A stretch of 64,000 nt of DNA from Patescibacteria group bacterium (GCA_049322215.1 JBMORU010000001.1:324023-388022); one strand, 5' to 3'. Positions 1-11,162 are shown, counted from the stretch's first letter. Numbers and translations are program-made. The notes: generated by a model from the letters alone, not told the origin.

Positions 1-1121
1 TTAAGTTTATTGCTTCTGGTGCTTCTTCAGTTCCTGAAAGTATTGGAATCTTAGTTCCTACAAGAAAACAAATTAACCAGTTATCAGCAGGTGAGGTAGG
101 TTATGTTTCTACGGGTTTAAAAGATATTACGAGTGTAAAGGTTGGGGATACTTTAACAGTTGTTTCTGCACAAAATGTTGTACCGTTGCCCGGATATAAA
201 GAAGTTATGCCGTTTGTTTTCGTTTCAATATATCCTTTAGAAAATGATAGATTCCCTGATTTAAGAACTGCTTTAGAAAAACTTTCACTATCTGATTCTG
301 CTTTAACATATGATCCGGAAAACAACAGTGCTTTAGGTTATGGATTTAGATGCGGCTTTTTAGGTTTGCTTCATGCTGATGTAATACAAGAACGCTTAGA
401 GAGGGAGTTTAATTTGGAACTTATTTCTACAACCCCAACAGTAGAATATAAGGTTGTTACAACTAAAGGGGAACAAATATCGGTAAAAACCCCCGCACAG
501 TTGCCTGATCCAACTTTTATAAGAGAAATTACAGAACCCTGGATTTTATTAACCATTATTGCCCCAACAGAGTATAACGGTAGTATTATTCAGCTTTGTG
601 AAAATAGAAGAGGCATTATGCGGAAAATGCATTACACATCAGAAAGTACAGTTATGTTTGAGTATGAGCTTCCTTTAGCCGAGCTTGTTTACAATTTTTT
701 TAGTGATTTGAAAACAGTATCTTCCGGGTATGCAAGTTTAGATTATGAACTTTTAGATTTTCGTTCTGTTAAAGCTGTTAAACTAAACATTTTAATTCAT
801 GGGGAGGCCATTGAACCCCTATCTCACATTGTTTTAAAAAGTAAAGCCGAAGAGGTGGGAAGAAAATTACTGATAAAACTCAAAGATGTGATACCAAAAC
901 AACAATATCAAGTTGCCTTACAAGCCTCAGTTGGCGGGAAAATTGTCGCGAGAGAAGACATTCCCGCTATGAGAAAAAACGTTTTGCAACATATTTATGG
1001 AGGACACCGCGAGAGAAAAGACAAACTACTAGATAGACAAAAAAAAGGAAAAGAACGTTTGAAACGTTTAGGTAAAGTTGATATTCCTCAAGAAGCTTTT
1101 AGGCAAATATTAAGCGTTTAG
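1..1121 (+). CDS. lepA: Elongation factor 4 (LepA), 5'-truncated by window edge
   Basis: GFRCGFLGLLH.D..QERLEREF motif and C-terminal K.LL..QKKGK.R.K..G.V.IPQEAF; the frame is open from the window start. Confidence 0.97.
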   Translation, partial: KFIASGASSVPESIGILVPTRKQINQLSAGEVGYVSTGLKDITSVKVGDTLTVVSAQNVVPLPGYKEVMPFVFVSIYPLENDRFPDLRTALEKLSLSDSALTYDPENNSALGYGFRCGFLGLLHADVIQERLEREFNLELISTTPTVEYKVVTTKGEQISVKTPAQLPDPTFIREITEPWILLTIIAPTEYNGSIIQLCENRRGIMRKMHYTSESTVMFEYELPLAELVYNFFSDLKTVSSGYASLDYELLDFRSVKAVKLNILIHGEAIEPLSHIVLKSKAEEVGRKLLIKLKDVIPKQQYQVALQASVGGKIVAREDIPAMRKNVLQHIYGGHRERKDKLLDRQKKGKERLKRLGKVDIPQEAFRQILSV

Positions 1122-1182
1122 TTGCTTAATTCAAAAATTGGTGGTATTTAAACACCACAAGTAAAATCCAATCAAAAGGAGA

Positions 1183-1902
1183 ATGATAATGACTAACAAT
1201 ATCGTAGTTGTTCAGTTAGGTGCTCCCGGTTGTGGTAAAGATACACAGGCAGCACTATTTATTGAAATGTACGGCAAAGCAACAAAAAATACTGCAGAGA
1301 GATGGGATGTTATTTCAACAGGTGCTCATTTTCGCAGGCATCGCCGTGAAGGAACCGCATTAGGTAAATTAGCCAATCACTATATCCAACAAGGGTTGTT
1401 GGTTCCTAATGATGTTACGTTAGACATGCTTCGTGACGCGTTTTTTGGTTCTGAAGTTTTTGGTAAGAACGCATTACTAAACGGATTTCCGAGAAACACA
1501 GATCAGGCTAAGGCATTAGTTGCTCTTTTAAAAGAAAAAGCAATTAAGAGAACCTTAGCTGGCGTTGTTTATTTTGATGTACGTGATGATATTTTATTAG
1601 AACGCCTTACTGCAAGACGTGTTTGTAAAGCATGCAGTCACACTTACAATGTTTTATTTACACCTCCTTCCCAAGAGGGTGTTTGTGATCATTGTGGTGG
1701 TGAAGTTGTTCAACGGCATGATGATACACTAGAAGTACAACAAGTTCGCCTCGCCGTTTATCAAGAAGAAACATCACCACTAATTGCTTACTACCAAAAA
1801 CGCGGTGAGCTTGTAGCCATTGATGGAAATCGACCTATTGATGTTGTTTATAAAGATTTTGCATCGGCAGTGTTGGCTTTGGTTTCTGCTGTACGCTCTT
1901 AA
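1183..1902 (+). CDS. adk: Adenylate kinase with zinc-lid domain
   Basis: P-loop GAPGCGKDTQ, GFPR motif, lid CxxC...CxxC, R.DD; strong SD AAGGAG upstream. Confidence 0.93.
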   Translation: MIMTNNIVVVQLGAPGCGKDTQAALFIEMYGKATKNTAERWDVISTGAHFRRHRREGTALGKLANHYIQQGLLVPNDVTLDMLRDAFFGSEVFGKNALLNGFPRNTDQAKALVALLKEKAIKRTLAGVVYFDVRDDILLERLTARRVCKACSHTYNVLFTPPSQEGVCDHCGGEVVQRHDDTLEVQQVRLAVYQEETSPLIAYYQKRGELVAIDGNRPIDVVYKDFASAVLALVSAVRS

Positions 1903-1911
1903 CTTTAATTC

Positions 1912-1958
1912 AGTTTGGAGATAAACCCTTTAATTATAAGGATTTTTATCTCCAAACT
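1912..1958 (+). terminator. Long inverted repeat after adk (probable terminator)
   Basis: agtttggagataaa ... tttatctccaaact, 14-bp stem. Confidence 0.7.
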
Positions 1959-1968
1959 ATGTACTTCC

Positions 1969-2004
1969 TTGACACCTTTAGCACTCATGCTATATTACTG
2001 ATAA
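1969..2004 (+). promoter_or_regulatory. Sigma70 promoter of hrcA overlapped by a CIRCE-like operator
   Basis: TTGACA (1969-1974), TG-n-TATATT (1991-1996); TTAGCACTC-N9-TACTGATAA (1978-2004) versus CIRCE TTAGCACTC-N9-GAGTGCTAA. Confidence 0.8.
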
Positions 2005-2005
2005 T

Positions 2006-2737
2006 ATGCTCTCAGAACTAACAGAAAGGCAAATAGTACTATTACAGGCCATAATAAATGAATATTTAGAATCCTCTAACCCTGTTGGTTCGGGTACTAT
2101 AGTAAAAAAGTATGGGATAAAATATTCAGCAGCTACTGTCCGCAATGATATGGCTGAGTTGCTTAAAAAAGGCCTATTAGAAATGATCCATACTTCATCT
2201 GGTAGAATCCCCTCCACCTTAGCTTATAGAATTTTTCTAGATGATCTTATGGAAGAGGAAGAACTTCCTGTATTACAGGAAGTTGCTATTAAGCAAAGGT
2301 TATGGGCAAGCCGTTTTCAATTAGATAGGCTTTTAAGGCAGTCAGCCTTAGCTTTATCTGACTTAACTAAAGAAGCAGCATTTGCAACTACTGATGATGG
2401 TTATTTAGTTCATGCAGGAACTGTTAACCTTCTTGATTATCAGGAATTTTGGGATATTAGTGTTACAAAATCTGCTTTATTTTTACTAGATCGTTACGAA
2501 TTACTTGAAAAAATTTTAAATAGTGTGCCTGCACCTCAAGATGTAGCTTGTTTAATTGGTGATGAATTAGCCAGTAATGATCTAACATCCTGCAGTATAC
2601 TTTTTTCAAGATTTCGTTTAGATTCTACATCTGGTTATATCGGGGTATTGGGTCCTGCAAGAATGCAGTATGCTAGCGTAGTACCTTCGATTAGATATAC
2701 TAAAAGTTTAATTCAAGAGTTAGCAGGATCCTGGTAA
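2006..2737 (+). CDS. hrcA: Heat-inducible transcription repressor HrcA
   Basis: N-terminal wHTH PVGS...SAATVRNDM.EL...G.L...HTSSGRIPS; C-terminal IGVLGPARM.Y; upstream of grpE-dnaK. Confidence 0.96.
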   Translation: MLSELTERQIVLLQAIINEYLESSNPVGSGTIVKKYGIKYSAATVRNDMAELLKKGLLEMIHTSSGRIPSTLAYRIFLDDLMEEEELPVLQEVAIKQRLWASRFQLDRLLRQSALALSDLTKEAAFATTDDGYLVHAGTVNLLDYQEFWDISVTKSALFLLDRYELLEKILNSVPAPQDVACLIGDELASNDLTSCSILFSRFRLDSTSGYIGVLGPARMQYASVVPSIRYTKSLIQELAGSW

Positions 2738-2749
2738 TATTTTAAAGCT

Positions 2750-3214
2750 ATGAATAAAGATAAAAAACAAACAGAAAACAAAAATGATGAAATTGAGCAG
2801 TTAAATGCCAAAATTGAAGAATTAGAAAATAATTGGAAAAGAGCTTTAGCTGATTATATAAATTTGCAAAATAGAGTGGCTGATTTGAAAGAAGATTATA
2901 TTTCTTTTGCCTACAGTAGTATTTTGCAAAGGTTTTTACCTATTCTTGATAATTTGGAGATGGTTGAGAAACATGTAGATGATATGGGGATAAAATTGGT
3001 AGTTAAGGAATTTAAGCAAATACTAAGTGATGAAGGTGTGGTTGAAATTAAATCAGAAAATCAAGATTTCGATATAGAAACTATGGAAGCTACAGAAACA
3101 GTTGAAGGAGAAAAAGGAAAAGTTGTAGAAGTAGTGAAAAAAGGATATTTATATAAAGAAAAATTGTTGCGCCCTGCTTACGTAAAAGTTGGGCATGGCG
3201 CTGAAAAGGAATAA
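2750..3214 (+). CDS. grpE: Nucleotide exchange factor GrpE
   Basis: RALADY.N, LP.LDNLE, V..KGY....LLRPA.VKV; lies between hrcA and dnaK. Confidence 0.95.
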   Translation: MNKDKKQTENKNDEIEQLNAKIEELENNWKRALADYINLQNRVADLKEDYISFAYSSILQRFLPILDNLEMVEKHVDDMGIKLVVKEFKQILSDEGVVEIKSENQDFDIETMEATETVEGEKGKVVEVVKKGYLYKEKLLRPAYVKVGHGAEKE

Positions 3215-3237
3215 TTAGTTTATTTAGGAGGTAAAAA

Positions 3238-5130
3238 ATGGGGAAAATAATTGGAATTGACCTTGGAACAACAAACTCAGCCATGGCTGTTATGGAAGGT
3301 GGTCAGGCAAAGGTTATACCTAGCCATGAAGGTACAAACACAACACCTTCTGTGGTTGCTTTAGGAACCAATGAGCTTGTTGGTGTTCCTGCAAAAAGAC
3401 AACAAGTAGTAAATCCAAAAAATACTGTATACAGTGCTAAGCGTTTAATGGGACGACGTTTTAAGGATGAAGAAGTTCAAACAATGCTAAAGGATGCACC
3501 ATTTGAAATAGTAGAAGGTAAAAATGGCCTTGCTGCAATAAAAGTAGAAGGTAAGGTTTATACACCTCAAGAAATTTCTGCGAAAATTTTAGGTAAATTA
3601 AAAGCTGACGCAGAAAAATACTTAGGACAACCAGTTACTGAAGCTGTAATTACTGTTCCTGCTTACTTTGATGATGCTCAACGAAATGCTACAAAAGAGG
3701 CAGGTCAAATTGCCGGCTTAGAGGTAAAACGAATAATAAACGAACCTACTGCCGCATCATTGGCGTATGGATTAGATAAAAAATCTAATGAAATAATTGC
3801 AATTTATGACTTGGGAGGCGGTACCTTTGATGTGTCTATTCTTGAAGTTGGGGATGGCGTTTTTGAAGTTAAAGCCACCAATGGAGACACTCACCTAGGT
3901 GGTGATGATTTTGATCAAAAAATAATTCAATGGCTAATAGAAGAGTTTAAGAAAACTGAAGGTATTGATTTATCTAAAGATAAACAGGCTCTACAAAGAT
4001 TAAAAGATGCTGCAGAAAAAGCTAAACAAGAATTATCTAGTGCTCAAGAGACCGAAATAAATATTCCGTTTATTACAGCGGATAACACAGGACCTAAGCA
4101 CCTAAACGTTAAGTTGACAAGGTCAAAGCTTGAGCAATTAGTTGATGATTTAGTTCAGAGAACAATAAAACCAATGGAAGCAGCACTTAAAGATGCAGAG
4201 CTTTCAAAGGGCGATATTAATGAAGTAATAATGGTAGGTGGCATGACACGTATGCCTAAAATTAATGAGGTAGTAAAAGAGTTTTTTGGTAAAGAACCCC
4301 ATAAAGGTGTAAATCCCGATGAAGTTGTAGCCATTGGTGCTGCTATTCAAGGAGGAGTGTTAGGTGGCGATGTTAAAGATGTTTTACTGCTTGATGTTAC
4401 ACCTTTAACGTTGGGACTTGAAACGCTTGGCGGTGTGAGCACCCCATTAATTAAGCGAAATACTACAATTCCAACATCCGCATCTCAGGTTTTTAGTACA
4501 GCTAGCGATAACCAGACTAGTGTTGAAATAAACGTACTGCAAGGTGAACGAGAAATGGCTTCTGATAACAAATCTTTAGGTAGATTTATATTAGATGGTA
4601 TTCCCCCAGCACCTAGGGGTGTTCCTCAAGTCGAAGTTAAATTTGATATAGATGCAAATGGTATATTAAAAGTTTCTGCTAAAGATAAGGCAACAGGAAA
4701 AGAGCAAAAAATAACGATTCAAGGTGGAACAGGCTTAAGTGATGATGAAGTTGAAAAGCTAGTAAAAGAAGCTGAGATAAATGCAGAAGCAGATAAAAAG
4801 AAAAAACAAGAAGTTGAGGCACGTAATATGGCAGATACTCTTGTTCACACTGCTGAAAAGTCACTTCGCGATGCTGGTGATAAAGTACCCGAAGACTTAA
4901 AGAAAGAAATTGAAGATCAGGTTAAAAAAGTAAAGGAAATAACTCCTACCGCAACTTTAGAAGAATTAGATGTTGAAACTAAGAAACTATCTGACTCTTT
5001 ACAAAAAATAGGTGAAATTATGTACAAAGATGCGGGTAGCGAAGAGGCACCTAAAGGTGAAACCTCTAAACAACCCGAATCTGAAGGAAATGAAGAAGAG
5101 CCTATTGAAGGCGAAGTAGTTGAGGAGTAA
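3238..5130 (+). CDS. dnaK: Chaperone DnaK (Hsp70)
   Basis: [38 protein letters not shown]; SD AGGAGG. Confidence 0.99.
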   Translation: MGKIIGIDLGTTNSAMAVMEGGQAKVIPSHEGTNTTPSVVALGTNELVGVPAKRQQVVNPKNTVYSAKRLMGRRFKDEEVQTMLKDAPFEIVEGKNGLAAIKVEGKVYTPQEISAKILGKLKADAEKYLGQPVTEAVITVPAYFDDAQRNATKEAGQIAGLEVKRIINEPTAASLAYGLDKKSNEIIAIYDLGGGTFDVSILEVGDGVFEVKATNGDTHLGGDDFDQKIIQWLIEEFKKTEGIDLSKDKQALQRLKDAAEKAKQELSSAQETEINIPFITADNTGPKHLNVKLTRSKLEQLVDDLVQRTIKPMEAALKDAELSKGDINEVIMVGGMTRMPKINEVVKEFFGKEPHKGVNPDEVVAIGAAIQGGVLGGDVKDVLLLDVTPLTLGLETLGGVSTPLIKRNTTIPTSASQVFSTASDNQTSVEINVLQGEREMASDNKSLGRFILDGIPPAPRGVPQVEVKFDIDANGILKVSAKDKATGKEQKITIQGGTGLSDDEVEKLVKEAEINAEADKKKKQEVEARNMADTLVHTAEKSLRDAGDKVPEDLKKEIEDQVKKVKEITPTATLEELDVETKKLSDSLQKIGEIMYKDAGSEEAPKGETSKQPESEGNEEEPIEGEVVEE

Positions 5131-5149
5131 GTGTTAGTAATTGGAGGAT

Positions 5150-5181
5150 AAAAAAAGCCCGCTTTTGCGGGCTTTTTCTTT
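5150..5181. terminator. Bidirectional intrinsic terminator between dnaK and the convergent ORF
   Basis: aaaaaa-gcccgc-tttt-gcgggc-tttttcttt. Confidence 0.9.
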
Positions 5182-5191
5182 GTTTCAAAAG

Positions 5192-5446
5192 TTACTCTAC
5201 TTCTTCTGGGTCGTCGTACATGCTGGATGCAGTTTCTTCATCAAGAACATCGTCACGAATCTCTGCGCTTGTTGTCGGAAGATCCTCACCTGAAAAAGCG
5301 GTTTCTAAATCAACAGGTTGTTTCTGAACTTCTTGTGCTGCGATTTTTGCATCTACACGGTCTTCAACACTTTGCATAAATGTATCAGCACCTTCATCGT
5401 CTTCTGGTAAGTCTTCATAATCATCAGGTCTTCTCATATTTTCCAT
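5192..5446 (-). CDS. Small, highly acidic hypothetical protein
   Basis: 84-aa ORF with SD AGGAG upstream, ending at the bidirectional terminator; D/E-rich. Confidence 0.7.
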   Translation of the reverse strand: MENMRRPDDYEDLPEDDEGADTFMQSVEDRVDAKIAAQEVQKQPVDLETAFSGEDLPTTSAEIRDDVLDEETASSMYDDPEEVE

Positions 5447-5527
5447 AGTAAAATTCTCCTGTAATCAATTACTAAAAGAAGTATAATTAATAACTACACA
5501 AAATGGTAGTTTTATAGCAAATTGCAT

Positions 5528-5557
5528 CTAGCAAACAACTTACTTAATTGCTAAAAT
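5528..5557 (+). promoter_or_regulatory. Degenerate CIRCE overlapping the extended -10 of dnaJ
   Basis: CTAGCAAAC-N9-AATTGCTAA (5528-5554); TGc-TAAAAT (5552-5557) lies 6 nt before the ATG. Confidence 0.65.
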
Positions 5558-5563
5558 CCGCTT

Positions 5564-6481
5564 ATGACTCGAGATTATTACGAAGTGCTTGGAGTCGACA
5601 AAAAGGCTTCGGCAGAAGAAATAAAAAAAGCATATAGAAAACTTGCCCGCGAACATCATCCTGACATGGTAGCTGATCATGACAAAGATGGTGCAGAAGA
5701 ACGTTTTAAAGAAATAAATGAGGCATATCAGGTTTTAAGTGATCCTCAAAAGAAGCAAATGTACGATCAGTACGGACATGCTGGGTTTGGTGCGCAACAG
5801 AATGGTTTTGGTGGGAATCAGGGAGCACAAGGACAATGGGGTCCTTTTACATATACATACACCTCAGGGGGTAATAATGCTTACGGAAATATTGATCCTT
5901 TTGATGTGTTTGAAGAGTTTTTTGGTTTTAGGGGTTTTGGTGGTAATAGAAAGCCAAAGAGAGGTAAAAACCTTTATTATGAGTTTCATGTTACTTTTGG
6001 TGAAGCTGTTCACGGTGTAGAAAAAACTGTAGAAGTTGAAAGTGGCAAAGTAAAAATTAAAATACCTCAAGGTGTTAGAGATGGAAGTGAATTAAGATTT
6101 GCGGGTAAAGGAATGCCTGGTCCCGACGGACTTCCTTCAGGTGACTTGCTTTTAACTATAAGAGTTCCTACTCCAAGTGAATTTAGACGTGTTGGTGATA
6201 ACTTAGCCACTTTAGTAGAAATAGACTTTGTTCAAGCGATATTAGGCGATAAAGTAGAAATTCCCGTAGTAGACCTTGATTCGAAAACAGGCATAGGCAA
6301 AGTAAAGGTTAAAGTTCCTTCTGGAACACAGCCCGGCGCAACTATTCGCTTAAAAGGTAAGGGTATGCCTAAACTACATGGCTATGGTAGAGGTGATGTG
6401 TTAGTGCAGCTTTCAGTTGTTTTACCAAAAAAAATCAGTAGAAAACAAAAAAAGATTTTGGAAGATTACACAAAAGCCTAA
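5564..6481 (+). CDS. dnaJ: DnaJ-class co-chaperone without zinc finger (class B / CbpA-like)
   Basis: J-domain DYYEVLGV...HPD...[14 protein letters not shown]-rich region, C-terminal domain; no CxxCxGxG repeats. Confidence 0.92.
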   Translation: MTRDYYEVLGVDKKASAEEIKKAYRKLAREHHPDMVADHDKDGAEERFKEINEAYQVLSDPQKKQMYDQYGHAGFGAQQNGFGGNQGAQGQWGPFTYTYTSGGNNAYGNIDPFDVFEEFFGFRGFGGNRKPKRGKNLYYEFHVTFGEAVHGVEKTVEVESGKVKIKIPQGVRDGSELRFAGKGMPGPDGLPSGDLLLTIRVPTPSEFRRVGDNLATLVEIDFVQAILGDKVEIPVVDLDSKTGIGKVKVKVPSGTQPGATIRLKGKGMPKLHGYGRGDVLVQLSVVLPKKISRKQKKILEDYTKA

Positions 6482-6487
6482 CTTTTT

Positions 6488-7198
6488 TTAGGTTTGTTGG
6501 TCAATTTCACTTAAATAGGTATAAGCAGTCATATATTCTTTTTTTATTTCATCTTGTCTTTGTAACCCATTTAATCGTTCTTTATAACCTTCTTTTGTAG
6601 GGCCTTCCGCGGCTTCGATTAGCCCGTTCAATTGCTTTATGCGTTCTTGTCTTTTTTGTGCATGCTGAGCTACTATTTCCCAAATTTCGGTTTGATTTGT
6701 ACCTGTTCTTAACGCAAGTTGTTTCCGTGCAAATCCTTTGCCTAGTTCATTTACATCTACGAGTTTTGATACGCGCATATACTCTAATAAATCGTTATCA
6801 CTTCCAAGAAAAAACGGTTCGTTTTTTGTTAAAGACTCCCATTCTTGAGGCAAATATTCTATTCTCACCTCATTTAAATGCGTTTCTGCTTCTTTAAGTT
6901 TAGGTTCAAAAACAGCTACATCTTGTGCAGCTTCAAGTAACACTTGCCCTGGTGTTTTATTGACCTCAGCCAATGGATTATTTTCTCCATCAATTGCTGC
7001 CAAAACTGCATCGGTTTCAGGGCTTTCTGAGTGATATGAAGTTCCCATATTTTTTTCTAAAGCTGTTTTTACTGTTTTAAGTGCTATGGTGTGTCCCTCT
7101 TTAAGTACCTCATACTCATCTTTAGCTTTTTCGTAATCGGCTTTTGTATAGGGTGTTTCTTCTTCAATCAAGTTTACTAATTTTTCAGTTACGCTCAT
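6488..7198 (-). CDS. Hypothetical helical/coiled-coil protein
   Basis: Long ORF; TATCAT -10 lies 7 nt before the ATG at 7198; no recognisable motif. Confidence 0.75.
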   Translation of the reverse strand: MSVTEKLVNLIEEETPYTKADYEKAKDEYEVLKEGHTIALKTVKTALEKNMGTSYHSESPETDAVLAAIDGENNPLAEVNKTPGQVLLEAAQDVAVFEPKLKEAETHLNEVRIEYLPQEWESLTKNEPFFLGSDNDLLEYMRVSKLVDVNELGKGFARKQLALRTGTNQTEIWEIVAQHAQKRQERIKQLNGLIEAAEGPTKEGYKERLNGLQRQDEIKKEYMTAYTYLSEIDQQT

Positions 7199-7339
7199 TA
7201 ACAAAATGATAGCCTAGTGCATGTTGGTGTTCAATAGCGGTTGATATATTTACATCTATATGTTAAGTTTGTAACCAGGTTTATAATGCGATTGCATTTG
7301 GAACAGCGGTTTAACCGGTTAGTTTCATAGAATTTTATG

Positions 7340-7362
7340 AGGTGGGTATTTCCCGCCTTTTT
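7340..7362 (+). promoter_or_regulatory. Terminator-like hairpin in the nusA leader (rimP-leader-like attenuator)
   Basis: aggtggg-tattt-cccgcct-tttt about 30 nt upstream of nusA; promoter TTGATA-17-TAAGTT at 7241-7269. Confidence 0.65.
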
Positions 7363-7391
7363 AATTGAGTAATTTTAGGTAAAATAAAAAT

Positions 7392-8555
7392 ATGGCGATA
7401 ACAGAATTTAATTCAGCACTAAATCAAGTAGCAACCGAAAGAGGTATTTCGGTAGATAGTGTGTTGGAAACAATAAAACTAGCTTTAATTTCTGCATATA
7501 AAAAAGACTATGGTGATGACGAAGACGAGGTTGAGGGCGAAGTTGAGGAATCTATTGAAGTAGATTTAAATCCTGATACAGGTGAAGCACGTATTTTAAA
7601 AGAAGGCAAAGACATAACACCATCAGGTTTTGGAAGAATAGCAGCACAAACAGCTAAACAGGTGATTTTGCAAAAAATCCGTGAAACAGAAAAAGAAGTA
7701 ATTTTAGATGAATTTAAGTCAAAAGTTGGTACTTTAATTCGCGGAACTATTTTTAGAATTGAAAACGGTGTAGTTATTTTAGACCTAGGCCGTGCTCATG
7801 GTATTTTACCCCAGTCAGAACAAGTTCCTTCGGAAGATTACAAACTAAACCAAAGATTAAGAGTCTTAATAAAGGATATTAGAAAATCTAACAGAGGCAC
7901 CGAAATAATTGTTAGCCGCACAGATACTGACTTTATTGTAAAACTTTTTGAACAGGAAGTTCCTGAAATAGCCTCTGGTGTTGTAACTATTGAAGCTATT
8001 GCCCGTGAACCTGGCTCTCGTACAAAAATGGCTGTATCTTCCAGTGATGACAAAATTGACCCTGTTGGAAGTTGCGTTGGCCAAAAAGGTGTAAGAGTTC
8101 AAGCAATAATAACTGAAATATTTGGTGAAAAAATAGATATAGTTCCTTATTCACCAATAATTGAAAAATTTATTGCGGCAAGTTTATCTCCTGCTAAAGT
8201 TACCGAGGTAGACGCCGATTTAGAAAATAAAGAAGCACATGTTTCTGTTCCAGAAGATCAGTTGAGTTTGGCCATAGGTAAAGAAGGACAAAACGTACGG
8301 TTAGCGCACAAACTAACAAAATGGAAAATAGATATTAAAGGTGCTCCTAGCTTATTTGGTAGCATTGATTCTACTTTAGAAGTGCAAGAAGATGATGATA
8401 CTGTTGTAAGAGGTGTTTGGGACGAAGATATTAAAGCAAAAGAAGATGAAGTTGAATCTGAATCTTTAGAAGACGAAGTATCTGATACAGCTACTAGCGC
8501 TGAAGAGGAAGATATTGCCTCAGAAGATAGTAATCCTGAAAATGAAAATGCCTAA
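7392..8555 (+). CDS. nusA: Transcription termination/antitermination factor NusA
   Basis: FGRIAAQTAKQVI.Q, S1 domain, KH domains AREPG.RTK.AV, DPVG.CVG.KG, LSLAIGK.GQNVRLA; acidic tail. Confidence 0.98.
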   Translation: MAITEFNSALNQVATERGISVDSVLETIKLALISAYKKDYGDDEDEVEGEVEESIEVDLNPDTGEARILKEGKDITPSGFGRIAAQTAKQVILQKIRETEKEVILDEFKSKVGTLIRGTIFRIENGVVILDLGRAHGILPQSEQVPSEDYKLNQRLRVLIKDIRKSNRGTEIIVSRTDTDFIVKLFEQEVPEIASGVVTIEAIAREPGSRTKMAVSSSDDKIDPVGSCVGQKGVRVQAIITEIFGEKIDIVPYSPIIEKFIAASLSPAKVTEVDADLENKEAHVSVPEDQLSLAIGKEGQNVRLAHKLTKWKIDIKGAPSLFGSIDSTLEVQEDDDTVVRGVWDEDIKAKEDEVESESLEDEVSDTATSAEEEDIASEDSNPENENA

Positions 8556-8591
8556 CTTAAAAGACGCCAAAAGTAAGTTATATAGTTTAAT

Positions 8592-10085
8592 ATGTCAATG
8601 GAAAAAAACGCATCTACAAATGAATTATTATCAAGACCCCCAATTGTGGCCGTTATGGGGCATGTTGATCATGGAAAAACAAGCATACTCGATGCTATTA
8701 GACACACAAACGTAACTGCTAAAGAATATGGTGGAATAACCCAGCATATTGGTGCTTATCAAGTTTCTCACAATTCAGAACTAATTACATTTATAGATAC
8801 TCCTGGACATGCCGCTTTTACACAAATGCGTGCTCGAGGAGGAAAAGCTGCAGACATTGTAGTTTTAGTTGTTGCTGCTGATGATGGTGTGATGCCTCAA
8901 ACCAAAGAAGCTATTTCTCATGCTAAGGCAGCGGGCGTTCCTATTATAGTTGCAATTAATAAAATGGATACTGTAGGTGCTGACCCTCATAAAGTAAAGC
9001 AAGGGTTAGCTTTAGAAAATGTTTTAGTTGAAGATTGGGGTGGCGACGCTGTGGCGGTAGAAGTTTCTGCCAAAGAGGGTACCGGTCTTTCTAACTTACT
9101 GGATGCAATATTGGCAATTGCTGAGTTGTCTGAATTAAAGGCTAATTCTAGAGGGGAACTTGAAGCAATAATAATTGAGTCTAAATTGGATAAACGAAAA
9201 GGTGTTGTAGTAAACGCCATAATCCGAAACGGAACACTTAAAATTGGGTCAGAAGTAGTTGCTAGCGGTTTTAATGCACGTGTAAAGTCTTTAATGGATG
9301 ATAAAGGTAAAATGATTAAAGAAGCAGAGCCTTCTAAACCTGTGGAAGTTTTAGGTTTTAAAGAAGTTCCAAATATTGGGGACTTAATAGTTGAGCAAGG
9401 CAGTGAACTCGCTGAACTATCATTAGATGAAGGTCGTACCGAGATTGTAGGTCAAAATACTAAACGTGTAGTTGGCGTTATTGTTAGAGCAGATACTCAA
9501 GGTACCTTAGAGGCTGTAAAAGGTGGTTTATCTAAACTAGTTAGCGAAAACGTAGATGCTACTTACTCTATAAAATTTTTGCTAACAACTACGGGTGATG
9601 TTACAGAATCTGACGTTTTGCTTGCATCTAGTACTGGGGGCTTAATTGTTGGTTTTAATGTTAAAATACCCAATTCGGTTGACGAACTGGCTAAAAGTCA
9701 GAAAATTCCTTTAAAAACTTATAAAACAATTTATGAATTAATCGAAGAAGTAGAAGCAGTGCTTGCAGGAACAGCTTTTGATGAAGAGTCAAAAATTAAG
9801 GGAAGAGCTGAAGTTTTGAAAACGTTTAAGCTACCTTCAGGAGATATAATTGCAGGATGTAAAGTTATTGCAGGTGCTTTAAAAGAAGGTAAGCGTATTG
9901 CTATTTACGATAAAAACCCTTCGGATTTAACAGAACTCGATGAGCCTTTATATAGAGGAGCCATCAAAAAGCTTAAAATAAAGAAAGATGACGTTTCCAT
10001 AGTAGGAAAAGATGTTGAGTGTGGCGTATTGTTAAAGCCACAATATGATGATATTTCGACGGGGCAGTATATCGAAATGCTGTAA
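8592..10085 (+). CDS. infB: Translation initiation factor IF-2 (short form without N-terminal domain)
   Basis: [44 protein letters not shown]-terminal ECG. Confidence 0.97.
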   Translation: MSMEKNASTNELLSRPPIVAVMGHVDHGKTSILDAIRHTNVTAKEYGGITQHIGAYQVSHNSELITFIDTPGHAAFTQMRARGGKAADIVVLVVAADDGVMPQTKEAISHAKAAGVPIIVAINKMDTVGADPHKVKQGLALENVLVEDWGGDAVAVEVSAKEGTGLSNLLDAILAIAELSELKANSRGELEAIIIESKLDKRKGVVVNAIIRNGTLKIGSEVVASGFNARVKSLMDDKGKMIKEAEPSKPVEVLGFKEVPNIGDLIVEQGSELAELSLDEGRTEIVGQNTKRVVGVIVRADTQGTLEAVKGGLSKLVSENVDATYSIKFLLTTTGDVTESDVLLASSTGGLIVGFNVKIPNSVDELAKSQKIPLKTYKTIYELIEEVEAVLAGTAFDEESKIKGRAEVLKTFKLPSGDIIAGCKVIAGALKEGKRIAIYDKNPSDLTELDEPLYRGAIKKLKIKKDDVSIVGKDVECGVLLKPQYDDISTGQYIEML

Positions 10086-10158
10086 TCCATTGACCCATAG
10101 TGTTTTTACCTCTATAATTACTACCTAAATCAAATAAAAATAATAAGGAGAGTAAATA

Positions 10159-10635
10159 ATGTTTTCACCATTGTTCATTCTAATTGGTGTTGTCGTTGCT
10201 TTACTTAGTAAACAAAAACAGCAGCAGTATGGTTTAGGTATGAGGTTGCTTTCTCTAATTTTCGTCTTAGGTATGCTGATTGCTTTGCGTGTAGTTACTC
10301 AGCTTGACTACTTCGCATATGCTGGTCTTGGGTACAGTGTTGTTAAACTTGTTTTACTTTACCAGCAGGTACAAAGTGAGGCTGTTCGCGTAGGGCCAAA
10401 AGGTGCCTATTTTGTGCATACTAAAAGTACTTTAGGCCAACGACCCATATATAAAATCGTACGCGCTTTTAAGGTATACCCGGTTTATGGTCACTACATT
10501 GGTATTGATCGCGAAAAAAACCGCGCTTTATTTGGTTACTATAATGAAAAAGGAGATTTTATAAAATCGGCACTTTCTCCTTGGGATTTTGTAACCATCG
10601 AGCACATAAACCGCGAGCGGCGTATTTTCAACTAA
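10159..10635 (+). CDS. Hypothetical membrane protein
   Basis: About 3 hydrophobic N-terminal segments; SD AAGGAG; promoter TTGACC-17-TATAAT at 10090-10118. Confidence 0.75.
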   Translation: MFSPLFILIGVVVALLSKQKQQQYGLGMRLLSLIFVLGMLIALRVVTQLDYFAYAGLGYSVVKLVLLYQQVQSEAVRVGPKGAYFVHTKSTLGQRPIYKIVRAFKVYPVYGHYIGIDREKNRALFGYYNEKGDFIKSALSPWDFVTIEHINRERRIFN

Positions 10636-10653
10636 GACAAAAAGGAGTAGAAA

Positions 10654-11157
10654 ATGTCTGGGTTAGTACTGTTATTTACGACTTTGCTTGGAGTGGCTAT
10701 TGGTTACAAAGTTTTTGTGCTGGAGCCAACTTACACTGATGCGGGTTTGTTTATAAGGGGCAAAATTACCCTAGCGCTGCTAGTTGCTATGGGAGTGGCG
10801 TGTTTTATAAGCATTTACATAACAAGTGTACTATTGGGTTCTATAATTATCTGGGTACTTGAAAATTATAAAACCCTAACTCAAATATCGCCGTTGCTCA
10901 ACAAAAGAGGCATGTCGTTTGTTACGTCAAAATCGTACCATGTTTCGTATGCCCTTTTAATAAAGCCAAATGATACTGCTGGTACGCTAGTGGTGGTTCT
11001 TACTAACACTCCTGACAAATGGCCCGCCACCGTAGTTGATGCTGTAGTTTGGGCAGAAAATTCTACCTACAGTGACGCTAATGTTGAAGTTCCTGGTGAA
11101 AGTATTTACCAAGTAGGTAAGTATGATCTGATTCGAATGATGCATAAGCGCTTCTAA
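10654..11157 (+). CDS. Hypothetical membrane protein
   Basis: 2-3 N-terminal hydrophobic segments; SD AAGGAG; same layout as the preceding ORF. Confidence 0.75.
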   Translation: MSGLVLLFTTLLGVAIGYKVFVLEPTYTDAGLFIRGKITLALLVAMGVACFISIYITSVLLGSIIIWVLENYKTLTQISPLLNKRGMSFVTSKSYHVSYALLIKPNDTAGTLVVVLTNTPDKWPATVVDAVVWAENSTYSDANVEVPGESIYQVGKYDLIRMMHKRF

Positions 11158-11162
11158 TTACT

